From: Octopus vulgaris
Lineage: Eukaryota
Direction: 5' to 3'
DNA: 64,000 nt
Assembly (NCBI GenBank): GCA_951406725.2
Contig: OX597824.1
Location: 77,810,001-77,874,000, forward strand
The notes under the pieces are model-generated. The model was not told the DNA's origin and did not search any database. It saw nothing but the letters and a program-made list of their open reading frames with translations. This document shows positions 42,086-56,309 of this stretch, in pieces (position 1 is the first letter of the stretch; each line of letters starts with the position of its first letter). A program made the translations under genes and the position numbers.

Positions 42086-42123
42086 TCTTTAACGTTTCGA
42101 GCCTACGCTCTTCAACAGAAAGA
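42086..42123 (-). ncRNA. Minimal hammerhead-like motif (variant core) within short element 41987-42195
   Basis: Minus strand: TCTTT-CTGTTGAA-GAGC(GTAG)GCTC-GAAA-CG-TT-AAAGA. A related, more decayed copy lies at ~56036-56072. Confidence 0.5.
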
Positions 42124-42229
42124 TACACAGAGAGAAAAAAACACAGAAAGAGTGAGAGAAAAAAAATTGCGTGCAGTAACTAACGAATCAACATGGATAT
42201 ATATATATATATATATTCATTTATGCGAT

Positions 42230-42641
<412 letters not shown>

Positions 42642-42848
42642 TTGAAGTAGATAAATGAATTATCTTATTACGGATAATTCAAATGATAACCGATACCTGG
42701 GTAGCAAAAATCACAACAGAAAAAGCACGGTTGAGGTTACGACCATGGGGCCTAAAATTTGTGCCTTAGTGCGGACATTTGAAGTTTTATATATTTAGTG
42801 TAGGAAGAAATGGAGCTGAACGAAGATTTAACAAAATTCCTTTTTATT

Positions 42849-42934
42849 ATTTTCTACATATGTTTCAAAGGCTGCAAAGTCCCTAATTCGGATTGAATAA
42901 GGAGTCCATTTTGCAGCCTTCTCTTCAGGAAAAT
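42849..42934 (-). ncRNA. Type-I hammerhead ribozyme motif (inverted copy)
   Basis: Reverse complement of 43182-43267, with a better-paired stem II (GAAGGCTGCAAA/TTTGCAGCCTTT). Confidence 0.8.
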
Positions 42935-43181
42935 CCAGGAACTTAATTCTCCAACAAAATGCACAGCAAGCTTTTCGACAAACGCTCACGAGGAGCCCAT
43001 GGAATAAATGGCACAAACTGTCTATCTATATGCGTTGACGCCAGGCTGGTGAAAGCAGAAGATAATTCAAGGTCAGAATCCGGTTGGCAGATAGACAGTT
43101 TGTGCCATTTATTCCATGTGCTCCTCGTGAGCGTTTGTCGAAAAGCTTGCTGTGCATTTTGTTGGAGAATTAAGTTCCTGG

Positions 43182-43267
43182 ATTTTCCTGAAGAGAAAGC
43201 TGAAAAATGGACTCCTTATTCAATCCGAATTAGGGACTTTGCAGCCTTTGAAACATATGTAGAAAAT
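43182..43267 (+). ncRNA. Type-I hammerhead ribozyme motif
   Basis: ATTTTC / CTGAAGA / stem II GAAAGCTGAAAA...TTTGCAGCCTTT / GAAA / CATATG / TA / GAAAAT. All core nucleotides are present, stem I is 6 bp, stem III is palindromic, and the cleavage triplet is GUA. Confidence 0.8.
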
Positions 43268-43356
43268 AATAAAAAGGAATTTTGTTAAATCTTCGTTCAG
43301 TTCCATTTCTTCCTACACTAAATATACATATACATATACATATATATACGTATATA

Positions 43357-43400
<44 letters not shown>

Positions 43401-44003
43401 TATATATATATATATATGTCTATATACGTATATATATGTATATGTATGCATGCATGTATGTATTTATGTATGCGTACATACATTCATAGCTAATCTGTTC
43501 GAGTAATTAATAATGTTTAATAGATCATGATTTTATTAAATTCTTCTTCTTCTTCTCCTCGTCCTCCTTCTTCTTCTTCTCCTCGTCCTCCTTCTCCTCG
43601 TCCTCCTTCTTCTCCTTCTCTTTCTCTTTCTCCTTCTTCTTCTTCTTCTCCTCCACCCATCCTCCTCTCAATTTCTTTCTTTTCGTTGTTTTTCTTCATC
43701 TCTTCGATTTCTCTTGAATACTCAGTATTTTAACGTTTTCGTTTTGACGATTGATTCTCTTCTCGTTGTTTTCTGCTGTGGTAATTTATAATTCATTTTC
43801 TCATTTACTCCATCTTTAATTTTTACCTCTCCTACATTCACACAAATTTTTTGGAAGTTTTAAACTTTGGGGTAAAATATAATTCCTCCAGTGTATTAAT
43901 CGATGTATTCAATCAATCATCGAAGTAAATTTCTGCATTTATTTTGTTGTTTTTATACCAAATGCAATTTTTCTCGCCAAATTAAAGTGTGAAAGCACAC
44001 ATA

Positions 44004-44093
<90 letters not shown>

Positions 44094-44117
44094 AAGAGAG
44101 AGAGACAGACAGACAGG

Positions 44118-44190
<73 letters not shown>

Positions 44191-44220
44191 GTAGGTAGGT
44201 AGGTTGGTAGATAGATAGTT

Positions 44221-44290
<70 letters not shown>

Positions 44291-45382
44291 ATATGTTTCT
44301 TTATTAGCCACACAGGGCTGCACACAGATAGAACAAATTACAAGGTAGAGCTTTTCTTTTGAAGGTTTAAAAAAAAAAAAAAAAAAAGGGGGAGTTTCGA
44401 TCAAAAGGGATCGTAAAAGGAGAGAAAGAGGACAAAAAAAAGAGGGGTTAAAAAAAGGGGGAGAAAAAAAAAATGATCAATAGGGATCGTTATCACAGAA
44501 ATGTCAATATGAAGTGTAAAGGGGAGGACAGGTGAGGTTTACCCGTGGAAAGAAAAGCCTACGGAAAAGACCACGGTAACCTCGGTCAATGGAGTCACAT
44601 GTTATATTTCTTTTTTTCTTTTTTTTGCAAATAAGCAACTCTCTGTTTTCAATTTCTGGGTTCATAGGATCATGCTCAAGGTGGCTTCGTCATTCATACG
44701 TGCCATTCTTGCTACATTCACCCATCTTTTTTTAAAACATTCGCTAGACAAAACTTGCCTCTCTACTCTCACTTTCCTTTTCAAGTGGTACTTGAAGAAG
44801 TTGATGAGAGATTGACCAGAGAGGAAAGTGTTTGTCTCCAATCCTTTCAGACGCGTCCACCAGATACATTCTTTCGCCATAGCCACAAGGATGATGAAAA
44901 TAGCTCTTCCTTCCCGTTTGAAGGAGGGAGGCGTGACAATATTGACGATAGACTCAGCTGATAAACCGACTCGTCCCACACGTGACAGCAGTTGTTCGAC
45001 ACAAGCCCACAGGTCGGAAATTGTTGGACACTGCACGAGTGCGTGCAGAACGGTTTCGTCGCTCTGACCGCATCTCGGGCAGGTCGGCCCCGTGTTTCTC
45101 GAGCCGTGTCTGTAGAGCTTATCCCGAACGGGTAGCGCTTCTCGGTAGCACTGCCAGGCCAGGGATCTCTGGAAGTTGTCCATGGGCCCTGGCCCGAAAG
45201 TCGTCCTGAACAGGCGGGTCAGGTACTCCTCGTCGACGTCCAGGTTCGCCCCGAGCTCGTCGTCGTACCTCCCCTCCACTAAACCCCTATAGAATGCTTT
45301 GGTTGTGTTGAAGTCACTCACGGTCGACCCAGGACGGCAGAGTTGCTTGAGGGCAACGCGACACTCGCGGTGCCATTCGCCC
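44291..45382 (-). mobile_element. 5'-truncated L1/Tx1-like LINE (zf-RVT C-terminus + 3' UTR)
   Basis: ORF 44662-45417 contains LAWQCYREALPV...CPRCGQSDETVLHALVQCP...W, a CCHC zf-RVT domain. The 3' UTR ends AATAAAGAAACA followed by (TATC)n. Confidence 0.85.
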
Positions 45383-45545
45383 AGATAGATATTTCTTAGA
45401 AAGCACCAGGAATGCATCTAAAATTTGAGATTCCTGTAGTCTACGTTTGAAGCGTTGCAAAAAAATGATAAACAGACAAGTTGAATTTCAATTAAAATGT
45501 TTGAAATCGTATATATTAAAATAAGTAATACTTGTATACAATTTG

Positions 45546-45800
45546 TGAGTGGCTGTGTGGTAAGTAGCTTGCTAACCAACCACATGGTTATGGGTTCAGT
45601 CCCACTGCGTGGCATCTTGGGCAAGTGTCTTCTACTATAGCCTCGGGCCGACCAAAGCCTTGTGAGTGGATTTGGTAGACGGAAACTGAAAGAAGCCCGT
45701 CGTGTATATGTATATATATATATGCGTGTGTGTGTTTGTGTGTCTGTGTTTGTCCCCCTAGCATTGCTTGACAACCGATGCTGGTGTGTTTATGTCCCCG
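45546..45800 (+). mobile_element. SINE family A, 3' truncated
   Basis: Head and body, abutting an inverted family C fragment. Confidence 0.85.
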
Positions 45801-45804
45801 TTAT

Positions 45805-46061
<257 letters not shown>

Positions 46062-46769
46062 GGGGGTCCGTGTGTCTGTATGTTATATGTATGTATTTCT
46101 GAGCGTGTTTGTGTGTGGGTGTTTATATGCATATTTGTATGCGTTTGTTGATTCAGTAGAAGAGATAAATTACGAAAGACAATATGTACGTGTATAGTGA
46201 CTTTTAATTCTAGCACTCTGAATCACAGATTCCCGTCTATTCACCTGGTAATGTGAACATACATCCTTTACCTTTGAAATTGATAGATTGGTTGAAAGAG
46301 GGAGAGATAGACAGACAAACAGACAGCTAGACTGACAAACGGCCGAATGGACGGACGGATAGATGCTTATATAGATAGTCTCATTAAACCAGACTTTCTC
46401 TGGGTTTTAGAAACATTTACGCGACTGATACTACAAGACTTCTTGCATGAACTCGACTGAGGCCATTTTGTCGCAGAGTTGGCACTGAGATGCTGTCGCC
46501 GACCCTCGTCTTCATCTGAGTACATTGGAACAACCTGAAATGATATGCTTTGCTCGATGATGTTACGCGAAAGCCGTGTGATTACAAGACAACAGGCTTG
46601 CTTTCTTCATGCTTATCTTTGATGGGGCTGGTGTCATCATTGGTGAGTGGTCCCAGCGATGTCATTATGGGTAGAGCCGACAAGACAACGAGATTAAACA
46701 TACACGTAGACTGGATTCCAAAATAGCTCTTCTCTATAATGGCTAAACTATTGTTAAAAGCGACTATAA

Positions 46770-47127
46770 TATTTCAGTTAAAAGCAACTAAACTATTAAA
46801 ATAATAATGAAATTATTGTATACAGTGCTCAGGTGCACCACAACTTGCCAAAAGTGCGTATAAAGCATATGCAGTAATGTACAAATGTCTGGAAAGTGAA
46901 CAGTGCATGAGTCAGATACATGTTTGTGTGTGTATGGAGGGGAGAAAATCAGGTGTAGGGTTGGCGAATCTCAGGAAGCATGGAAGTTTTGAAGGATGCA
47001 GTGCTCCAACAACTAACAACTGATGTCGGCAGTTTGTTCCATACCCCAGCAACTCTTAGCGTGAAAAAGTGTTTCCGAAAGTCATGGGAGCTATGCTGTT
47101 TTCTGACTTTGTAAACATGTCCACGGG
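46770..47127 (-). mobile_element. CR1-like LINE 3' end
   Basis: RGHVYKVRKQHSSHDFRKHFFTLRVAGVWNKLPTSVV...ASFK matches the CR1 ORF2 C-terminal signature RGH...FF..RV...WN.LP..VV. Confidence 0.85.
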
Positions 47128-47164
47128 TAAGCAGTTATACTATATGTCTGTGCGTCTGTATTTG

Positions 47165-47290
47165 GCGGTTAGGCAAAAGAGACCGATACAATAAGTACTA
47201 GGCTTACAAAGAAGTCGATTTGCTCGACTAAAGGCAGTGCTCCAGCATGGCCACAGTCAAATGACTGAAACAAGCAAAAGAGTAAAAGAG
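47165..47290 (+). mobile_element. SINE family A, 3' fragment
   Basis: GGCAAAAGAGACCGATA...GACTGAAACAAGCAAAAGAG. Confidence 0.8.
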
Positions 47291-48403
47291 ATATGCTTAC
47301 TCCTGCTGAACGCGACAGAAATAAAGTACTCACAATGACAATGAAAAGATGTAAAAACATCTTTAGAAGTAAATCTATCGATTACTTTGTACTTTCATTG
47401 GGACAGTATCTCTGTTTACGAACCAATGAAATAGCATTCATACTACCTGGGCCGTAGGCAAAAGTACACCCCCTAACTAAACGAACTTGTGAAATATTCA
47501 TTAGAAAAACGGTTTAAATCTTAAAACCGAAAGCGTAATTTAAGATAGGTTCATTCAACACGCCACGGGGCGTTGAAGTAGGTAAAATTTGCTTGGCTTG
47601 TGACATTAATAATGAGTAAGAGTACTCCGTGTGAATTTAATTCATGTATGGTTTGGTTTTCTGTTGCGTCTGTACAAATTAAGAGAAGTACTTTTGAATG
47701 CTGCCAACATTCATGGTTCATTTATTAAAAATTTTAAATCAATATTGTAAAGTGCATAAAAGTTATTTCGTTTTGTAATAGCTGATATTAATAAAAGAAT
47801 GAAAGATGCTGTTAAAGTTCATTGTTCGGTGAAAAATGAAAAGATAATTATTTTTTCATGCTAGTGTTTCTGTGCGTGCGCGTGTGTGTGTGTGTGCGTG
47901 CGTATCTGTCTGTCTGTCGCTTATCTAAATATTCATTTGCAGTTTAGCTTCACAGACTGTACAATCTTCAGTGCTTCTATTTGACCAAGCATAAGGAATA
48001 TGAACAAAAAGGAAATGGGTTATGCGTTTGAACAAACTAGCATCGTTAAAATAATATTTACTCAAACAGAAATCTATTTCCAAATGAGATGCTGATGCAA
48101 AATTCTTCCAGAATGCTAGCAGGGTATGAAGTGTGTAATTGCATAGAAAGTGAAACACAACATCGAAGAGTGTGTAGTTGTAATAGCACAAATTTGAATT
48201 TAAGAAAACGTCAGATCGTTTGAGTCAAATAGGTTATCATGGAAGACATTTTCTAACTTGTGTAATAGACACGGTTAATGATATCCAAGTACGCTTGAAA
48301 CAAAACAGTGTCAGAAATTGTTATATTGTATTGTTGTAGATGGAACAGCAGATACACAAAAGATAGCTATGTATTAGCGGGATTGTGAAACAACAGTATA
48401 TGC

Positions 48404-48446
<43 letters not shown>

Positions 48447-48557
48447 CGTACAGAGATAAAGAGAGAGATAGAAAGAAATAGAGATGAATATACACACACA
48501 CACATGCATATATATATATGTATGTATGTATATGTATATATATATATATATATATAG

Positions 48558-48750
48558 AGGCGCAGGAGTGGCTGTGTGGTAAGTAGCTTGCTAAACAACC
48601 ACATGGTTCCGGGTTCAGTCCCACTGCGTGGCATCTTGGGCAAGTGTCTTCTGCTATAGTCCCGGGGTCGATTTGCTCGACTAAAGGCGGTGCTCCAGCA
48701 TGGCCGCAGTCAAATGACTGAAACAAGTAAAAGAGTAAAAGAGTAAAGAG
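48558..48750 (+). mobile_element. SINE family A, internally deleted
   Basis: Head joined directly to tail at CTATAGTCCCGGGG. Confidence 0.85.
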
Positions 48751-48838
<88 letters not shown>

Positions 48839-49239
48839 GGTGTGTGTGCGTGTGTGTTTGTGTGTGTGCGTGTAGATAGATAGAATTTGATATAATTAAT
48901 AGAGACAGAAGCAGTATGAAAACCAGAAGGCAATCCTTATTTCCAACTTAACGTGGACATTGTTTTAGAACACAAAAGAGAATACAAGACATAACTTCGT
49001 AAAAAAATATGTGAGTACGTAACTTAGCTTTTCAATTTTTCGGTAAATGATATCGATAGAATAAGTACAAGGTTTAAAAGCATAACAAGTACTAGACTTG
49101 ATTAGTTCGACTAAAATCTTTCAGGGCGGTGCCCCAGCATGGCAGCAGTACAATGATTGAAACAAGTCAAAGAATAGAGGGATAAAGAATATATATATAT
49201 ACATATATATATAAAGTGTATAGCATTTATACACAAATA

Positions 49240-50500
49240 AGGCAACGCTTTACAGGACACCTGATATGCTAGAGAGGGCAGCCAATACCAAACCACGAAA
49301 ACATGTAATTCCAAAGAGAATGAAAAAAGAGAACTTTGGAATTACTTTTTCCGTGGTTTGGGTTTGGTGTCAAGATCCTTGATACAGCCTCGTTCATCAC
49401 GGCAATGTTTTCAAAACCGCTGACCCTGAGGTTCACTTTCAGCTTGGGGGACAACCAAAAGTCACAACGAGCAAGATCTGGGCTTTAGGGAGGGTGAAGA
49501 ATTTTTGATGCCCATCAATGTCAAGTAGTTGATTATGAAGTTTGAATTGTGTACAAGAGTATTGTTCTGATGTAGATTCCACCGATCCAATTGGAAGGAC
49601 TCTGGTCTTTCGCAACGAAAACTCTTCCTGAAGTCCCTCAAAACCTCAACAAAGTACTCTTTATTGACCTCGTAGCTATAGGGAATCCATTTGATGTAGA
49701 TGGTGTCCTTGCTGTCGAAAAGAAAGATAATTATGTGCATCCTGGTGGTATTGTTTTGTCTGTTCTTCTTGGGTGTGGCGAAGTCAGCAAGACTCAGCTG
49801 AGTACTCTGTCTCATTGCCTCTGGATTATGATAGTAGATCCAGATTTCTTCACATGTTACTCGAGTACTCTTGGATTGGGGCTAATTAGCGCAACTACCT
49901 TCCTGCTGTCATTAACGTGTTTTTCCTTCTGAGCATCCTGGGAACATACTTCGCACATATTTTACGAATATTCAGATCATAAATAATTACTCTTTTACTT
50001 GTTTCAGTCAGTTGACTGTGCCCATGCTGGAGCAGCGCCTTTAGTCGAGCAAATCGACCCCAGGACTTATTCTTTATAAGCCTAGTACTTATTCTATCGG
50101 TCTCTTTTTGCCGAACCGCTAAGTTACGGGGACGTAAACACACCAGCATCTGTTGTCAAGTGATGTTGGAAGGACAAACACAGACACACAAACGTATACA
50201 CACACATACATATACATATATACGACGGGCTTCTTTCAGTTTCCGTCTACCAAATCCACTCACAAGGCTTTGGTCGGCCCGGGGCTATAGTAGAAATCAC
50301 TTGTCCAAGGTGGCACGCAGTGGGACTGAACCCGGAACCATGTGGTTCGTAAGCAAGCTACTTACCACACAGCCACTCCTACGCCTATATTTGTGTAAAG
50401 TTTCCACACCAACTCCACACTATGCTTATAATCTTTATAGAGACACTTCATCTAGAAAATTACGAATTTTCTCAACCTGCTTTGAAGTTCTGAAGTTCTG
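49240..50500 (-). mobile_element. Decayed mariner transposon interrupted by a SINE (49989-50385)
   Basis: Remnants KICAKYVPRML, HIIIFLFDSKDTI, VNKEYFVEVL, LHQNNTLVH. Confidence 0.7.
49989..50385 (-). mobile_element. SINE family A inserted in mariner
   Basis: Reverse complement of the full-length family A sequence. Confidence 0.9.
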
Positions 50501-50866
50501 AAGTTCTGAATAACCTCACCGTCCCACACCTCTCATCGTCTCTCACCTCCTGTCTAATCCCACTCCGAGGCTCTTTTGCTAGCAAAAAACATATGCTCGG
50601 TTCATAAGCAATCTACATTTCATTATCTTATATACCTTTTTTGCCCGGTTTAACAAAAAAAAAAATTACATAACTAGCTTCCCAATTTTCTTCCTCTCCC
50701 TCCTACATTCTGCAAACCAGTCAGCTGTGATATGCAGTACTTATTAGGATGTGTTCAAAATGCTGTTACCGTCATCTTATTCAATCTAGATTTTAAAAGA
50801 AATTGGCAAGTCAACTTGTTAGATACATATTACAATTGCAATAACAAAGAACAGTGATAATGCCTA

Positions 50867-51100
50867 AGGCGGCGAGCTGGCAGAATCGTTAGCAAGTCGG
50901 GTGAAATGCTTAGCGTTATTTCGTCTGCCGCTACGTTCTGAGTTCAAATTCCGCCGAGGTCGACTTTGCCTTTCATCCTTTCGGGGTCGATAAATAAAGT
51001 ACCAGTTTCGCACTGGGGTCGTTGTAATCGACTTAATCATCCATCTGTCTGTCCTTATTTATCCCCTCTATGTTTAGCCCCTTGTGGGCAATAAAGAAAT
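50867..51100 (+). mobile_element. SINE family B
   Basis: Full-length copy. More decayed copies lie at 52000-52170 (-), 58420-58565 (+) and 22490-22580 (-). Confidence 0.9.
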
Positions 51101-51449
51101 ATATAATTACAATAACAATGGGCAGGTATAATGCCAGTCACAAAAATGTCCCAAAACTTCTGGATTTCAACTAGTATATAAGCTAAACATATTTATAAAT
51201 ATACTTATTTTGTGAGTGACACTGCTACTTGAAACTGATGAAGTTGTTTTATTTAAAGTGATTTACTTTCTAAATCATTCGATTAGAAATATAAATTATT
51301 ACACAGGAGCCCGAGACGTTCTGGCTATTTCTGTATCCAAAAGTTCCATCTGTTGTCTTCTTGCCTCATAATTCTCAACTAATATGTTTACGTTCATAAA
51401 TTCTGATCAAATTAATTTTTCTTTTCTTTTTCTCCTTGGCAAATCTAAT

Positions 51450-51554
<105 letters not shown>

Positions 51555-51620
51555 TATATATATATATATTATATATATATATATAATATAATATATATAT
51601 ATATATATTTATATATATAC

Positions 51621-51654
<34 letters not shown>

Positions 51655-52239
51655 GAATATATATACATATATATACATATGAATATATATATACACACAC
51701 ACACATGTATATATATATATATATATATATATAATACGCTATTTGTCATCATTATTTATTCAATACGCTATGTGTAGACACTTATTCCACCATTAATTGC
51801 TAATATATTTCCCTATTACCATTTATATTCATCTTGTTGAGAGATATCATGATATCAACTTTAGACTATTTATTTATTACACTACCTGCATATATTTCTA
51901 ACTTAAGCAGAACAAATAGCGGAAATACGTTAAGACTACAGATTAAAAATTCGAAGGTCAAGGTATGTTAGGGTTTTCTTATGTTTAAACCAGAAATACT
52001 GGTTTCAAATTTTGGCACAAGTCCAGCAATTGTGGGGGAGGAGCAAGTCGATTACATCGACGACTCCCAAAGGATGAAAATAAAGTCGACCTTAGTGGAA
52101 TTTGAACTCAGAACGTGAAGACGGACGAAATGCCGCTAAGCATTTGACTCGGAGTGCTATCGATTCTGACAGCACACTGAAATATTGTTCTTCGGGAACT
52201 CATGTGGTAAATGTCAGTGGCTGTGTGGTAAGTAGCTAT

Positions 52240-52615
52240 AGGCGTAGGAGTGGCAGTGTGGTAAGTAGCTTGCTTAAGAACCACATGGTTCCGGGTTCAG
52301 TCACACTGCGTGGCACCGTGGGCAAGTGTCTTCTAATATAGCCTCGGGCCGACCAAAACCTTGTGATTAGATTTGGTAGACAGAAGCCCGTCGTATATAT
52401 GTATGTTTGTGTGCGTGAGTATATGTTTGTGTGTCTGTGTTTGTCCCCCCAACATCGCTTGACAACCGATGCTGGTATGTTTACGTCCTCTTAACTAAGC
52501 GGTTTGGCAACAAAGAATAAGTCCTGGGGTCGATTTGCTCGAATAAAAAGGTGGTGCTCCAGCATGGCCACAGTCAGATGACTGAAACAAGTAAAATAGT
52601 AAAAGAGTAAAAGAG
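52240..52615 (+). mobile_element. SINE family A
   Basis: Colinear with 14908-15310. More decayed pieces lie at 49055-49185, 53455-53610 and 54140-54265. Confidence 0.85.
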
Positions 52616-52914
52616 CTTTTTCACATATGTCAAATATGTTGAAATCCGCAGATTTTTCTTTTATGAACTAAACCTGCTGTCCCTTGAAAACCTTTTGAAA
52701 ATGTACGTAAATTTTGTGTATAATTAGATACCTATGTATAAATATGCCTATATTTTGGTAGCATTGCATATATTTTGGTAGTGTTGAATATGTATAAATG
52801 TACAACATTTGAGAAATTAAATACAGAATTTATCGCAGGATATAGCAAGACGTTGAATAAAGAATGACTCGTTGACTACAAAATATTGTACGTATATATA
52901 GTAATTAAACGTCG

Positions 52915-53163
52915 CCCTTTTCAAGCCTAGCCAGGCTCATGGACCCGGTTTCCCGGTTTCTATGGCGTATGTGGTCCCCTCAGCTGGACAGGACGCCAGT
53001 CCATCGCAGCGTTACTGAAGAAGCAGGAAGAGAGAGAGTGAGAGAAAGTTGCGGCGAAAGAATACAAGAGGGGTCGCCACCACACAACGCCCGGTCTGGG
53101 AATCGAAACCGCGATCCTCCGACCGCGAGTCCGCTGCCCTAGCCACTGGGCCATTGCGCCTCC
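52915..53163 (-). mobile_element. SINE family C, alternative tail, internal deletion
   Basis: Head plus the same tail as 42230-42531. Confidence 0.85.
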
Positions 53164-53649
53164 ATAGTAATTAAGCCTGTATTATATTTGGGAAGCGATA
53201 AATAGAAATTTCTTATTTCCTGTTATTTTGACATTTCTATTTACATTCTCATACTCTCATTAGCAACTTTCGTCATGTACAACTTTCATCGGGTTAATTT
53301 GATTATTCATACATACGAGACAAAATGTAATCATCAACAAATTTAGTGAAAGACTTGCCGTTTTTATTAAGATCGGTATCTATCAAACTCTGTGTTTGAT
53401 AACAATTCACGAAATTCTCGTTTCTTGAGTTATATTTTGGCACCCGACAATTAAATAAATAACTGTGTAGTGATATATATATGCTTCCATACCACACGGC
53501 TCTGGGTTCAGTCGTACTTTGTGATACTATGAGCAAATATCTACTATAGCCTCGTGCCGACCAAAGCCTTCTCAGTGGATTTGGCAGACACGAGCTGAAA
53601 TAAACCTGTCGTATACATACATATATATATATATATATTATATATATTA

Positions 53650-53732
<83 letters not shown>

Positions 53733-53975
53733 ATATATATATATATATGTTTTTGATTTTCACTCTCGATGAATTTATCCCTTTTTGTGTCCCTAGCACT
53801 AGGTTTCCTTATTTGGGAGCCCTTAATTATATTTCTATATGAATAATATTTTGTCTAATGACTAATTCGTCTTTTGTGCTAGGCCACTGGTAATAATATA
53901 TATATATATATATATATTAATATGTATCTATGTTATTACCCTTTTTGATTATATATATATATATAAATATATACA

Positions 53976-54007
<32 letters not shown>

Positions 54008-54564
54008 CATATATATGTATGTGTGTATACACACACACTAATTTCTCCATGTGTTAGCCTTGAATAATTAAGATATTAAGATATTAAAATATTTTCTTAA
54101 ATCAAGTGCAGCATTAATACACATATGCAGAATCTTTAACGAAAGAATAAGTGTCAGGCTTGGAAATAAAAGTCATTGGATCGAGTCATTCGATTAATAA
54201 TTTTTCAAGGCGGTGCCCCAGCGTGGCCACACCATGGCCAAGTCTAAGGTAAAAGATGAAAAGATATATACTCATGCATTTTCAGTTCTATTTTCATATA
54301 TTATATTTATATGCGCGTTTGTGGGAGCTTGTGTGTGTGCGTGTGTGTAATGCATGTATATATTTGTACGTGCGTGTTGTATGTGTGCGAGCATGCGCAT
54401 ACGTGGCGTATGTGTGACTGTGTAGTAAAAATTATACAAATTAATAAAAAGAGGAGCTTATATGGAACTTAGTAGGGACTGTTTGTAAGGTTTGTATACG
54501 AAAGTATGATATAATTGAGAAAATGTAGAAAATACGAAAATAAATTATTATAGTTTGCTTGTGC

Positions 54565-54942
54565 CTTGAGAGGATCATTATGTTAATAAGAATAACACAC
54601 GCACAGGTTCAATTTCACTTCTTTATATTTAGCCAATTGGTTGAATATCTAACAAACTATCTAAATACTCGATCACTTGCTTAACATGTTGGGTAAATAA
54701 CGAATTATACCTTGGAACATGGAGGAAATCACGAATCAGGGAAAAGGTTGCGAACAACGACGAAAGAACATTGTTGAAGTGACAAACAATTGATTCGTTT
54801 TGATTCGTTATTTACCCAGCACATTAAACAAACGATGAATTAGTTAGTTATTTGGGTAGATATTTAACAAATTGACTAATAATAAAAAGTAGAATTGAAC
54901 CTGTGCGTGTGTTATTTTTATTAGCGTAATGACCCTCCCAAG
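54565..54942. mobile_element. Diverged fold-back/MITE-like element with ~140 bp inverted arms
   Basis: AATAACACACGCACAGGTTCAATT...TGGGTAAATAACGAAT (left) matches ATTCGTTATTTACCCA...AATTGAACCTGTGCGTGTGTTATT (right). Confidence 0.6.
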
Positions 54943-55592
54943 ACAGAATGAAATTTGTTTCAACACGCGAATTCACATCAAGAATCTTGCAAACTAAATA
55001 CAAAAACAAATAGGTAAAATTAAAACCAAAATAATGATGGAATGGTGAATAATTATAATATTTGCTGAAAGGTTAATGGCTATTAATGAGAGTAGAGTGA
55101 AGAAAAATTATACACACCAGGAGAGGTGGGGAAAATGAATGTATAAATGGTGTGAAGCTAAGGATTAAAAAATGTCGTGGGGTGGCCGGAAGAATGAAGG
55201 GAAATAAAATGAGCGTGAGAAGGCATTAATATAGGGGAGAAGATTTACTGTGGTTAAAACACAAGATTTAGAACCTTACAATGAAATAATTCAATGGTAA
55301 TAATATTTGGAATATAATAATGGTATAAAGAAAGGGGTGGTAGAAGAAAGATGGGAAAGAGACGGAGAAAATACAGATAACAATGCACGGGAAAATTATC
55401 AGGAAAACATGAGAAAACGATGGTTGAAAAACACTAGGAAATACGATGAAAAATTAAGAACAAATGTATGAGAAGTATTTATCTGGCCATAATTCAAGAC
55501 GACAATATAACTGAATAGATTTAATGTTTGCAACACTGAATTCTACTGTTTATATTAAGGATTACTATGATCAATCGATCGAAATACAGAGA

Positions 55593-55652
<60 letters not shown>

Positions 55653-55873
55653 CAATTGCAGCGTGGAAAGTGTTTGTAAGCCATTTTTGTCAGTGAACAG
55701 GTCGCGGATTTTAGCGACGAAAATATTTTGACAAATTAAACTTAAATGTTGAAGTGAATCGAACGGCTTTTGTGGGTTTCTTAAATGGCTTACAAACACC
55801 TCCGACGCTGCAATTGTTTTCGTTCCAGCACATGATCTCATATCAAATCACTTGCTATGCGAGTACACCTCCG

Positions 55874-55946
<73 letters not shown>

Positions 55947-56309
55947 GAGTTTACGAAAAAAAAAAAAAAAGACGAAGACAGGTTGTGTACAAAACAAACA
56001 GATGTATTAGTATTACGTTCAGGGATAGAAAAAGTATTTTACGTTCCGAGCCTACCCTCTTCTACAGAAAGGGACACAGAAAAAACAAGGAGAGAAAAAA
56101 TGTGTGTAGTGTATGGCTAAATATATATACATACATATATTATACCATAAGCATAATATATATATATATATATATAAAATTGAATAATGGTAGAAATTGA
56201 TATTAATCAATTAAAGCCAGTGGCCTAGCATATCTAAAAAAATCCGAAGATTAAAAATATTTTTACATACAAAATTTAAAGGACTGACCACTAAAAGTGG
56301 ACAGTCCTT

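Noticed and set aside
47925-48191. 88 aa non-repetitive ORF
   Set aside because: No recognisable motif; length is compatible with chance.
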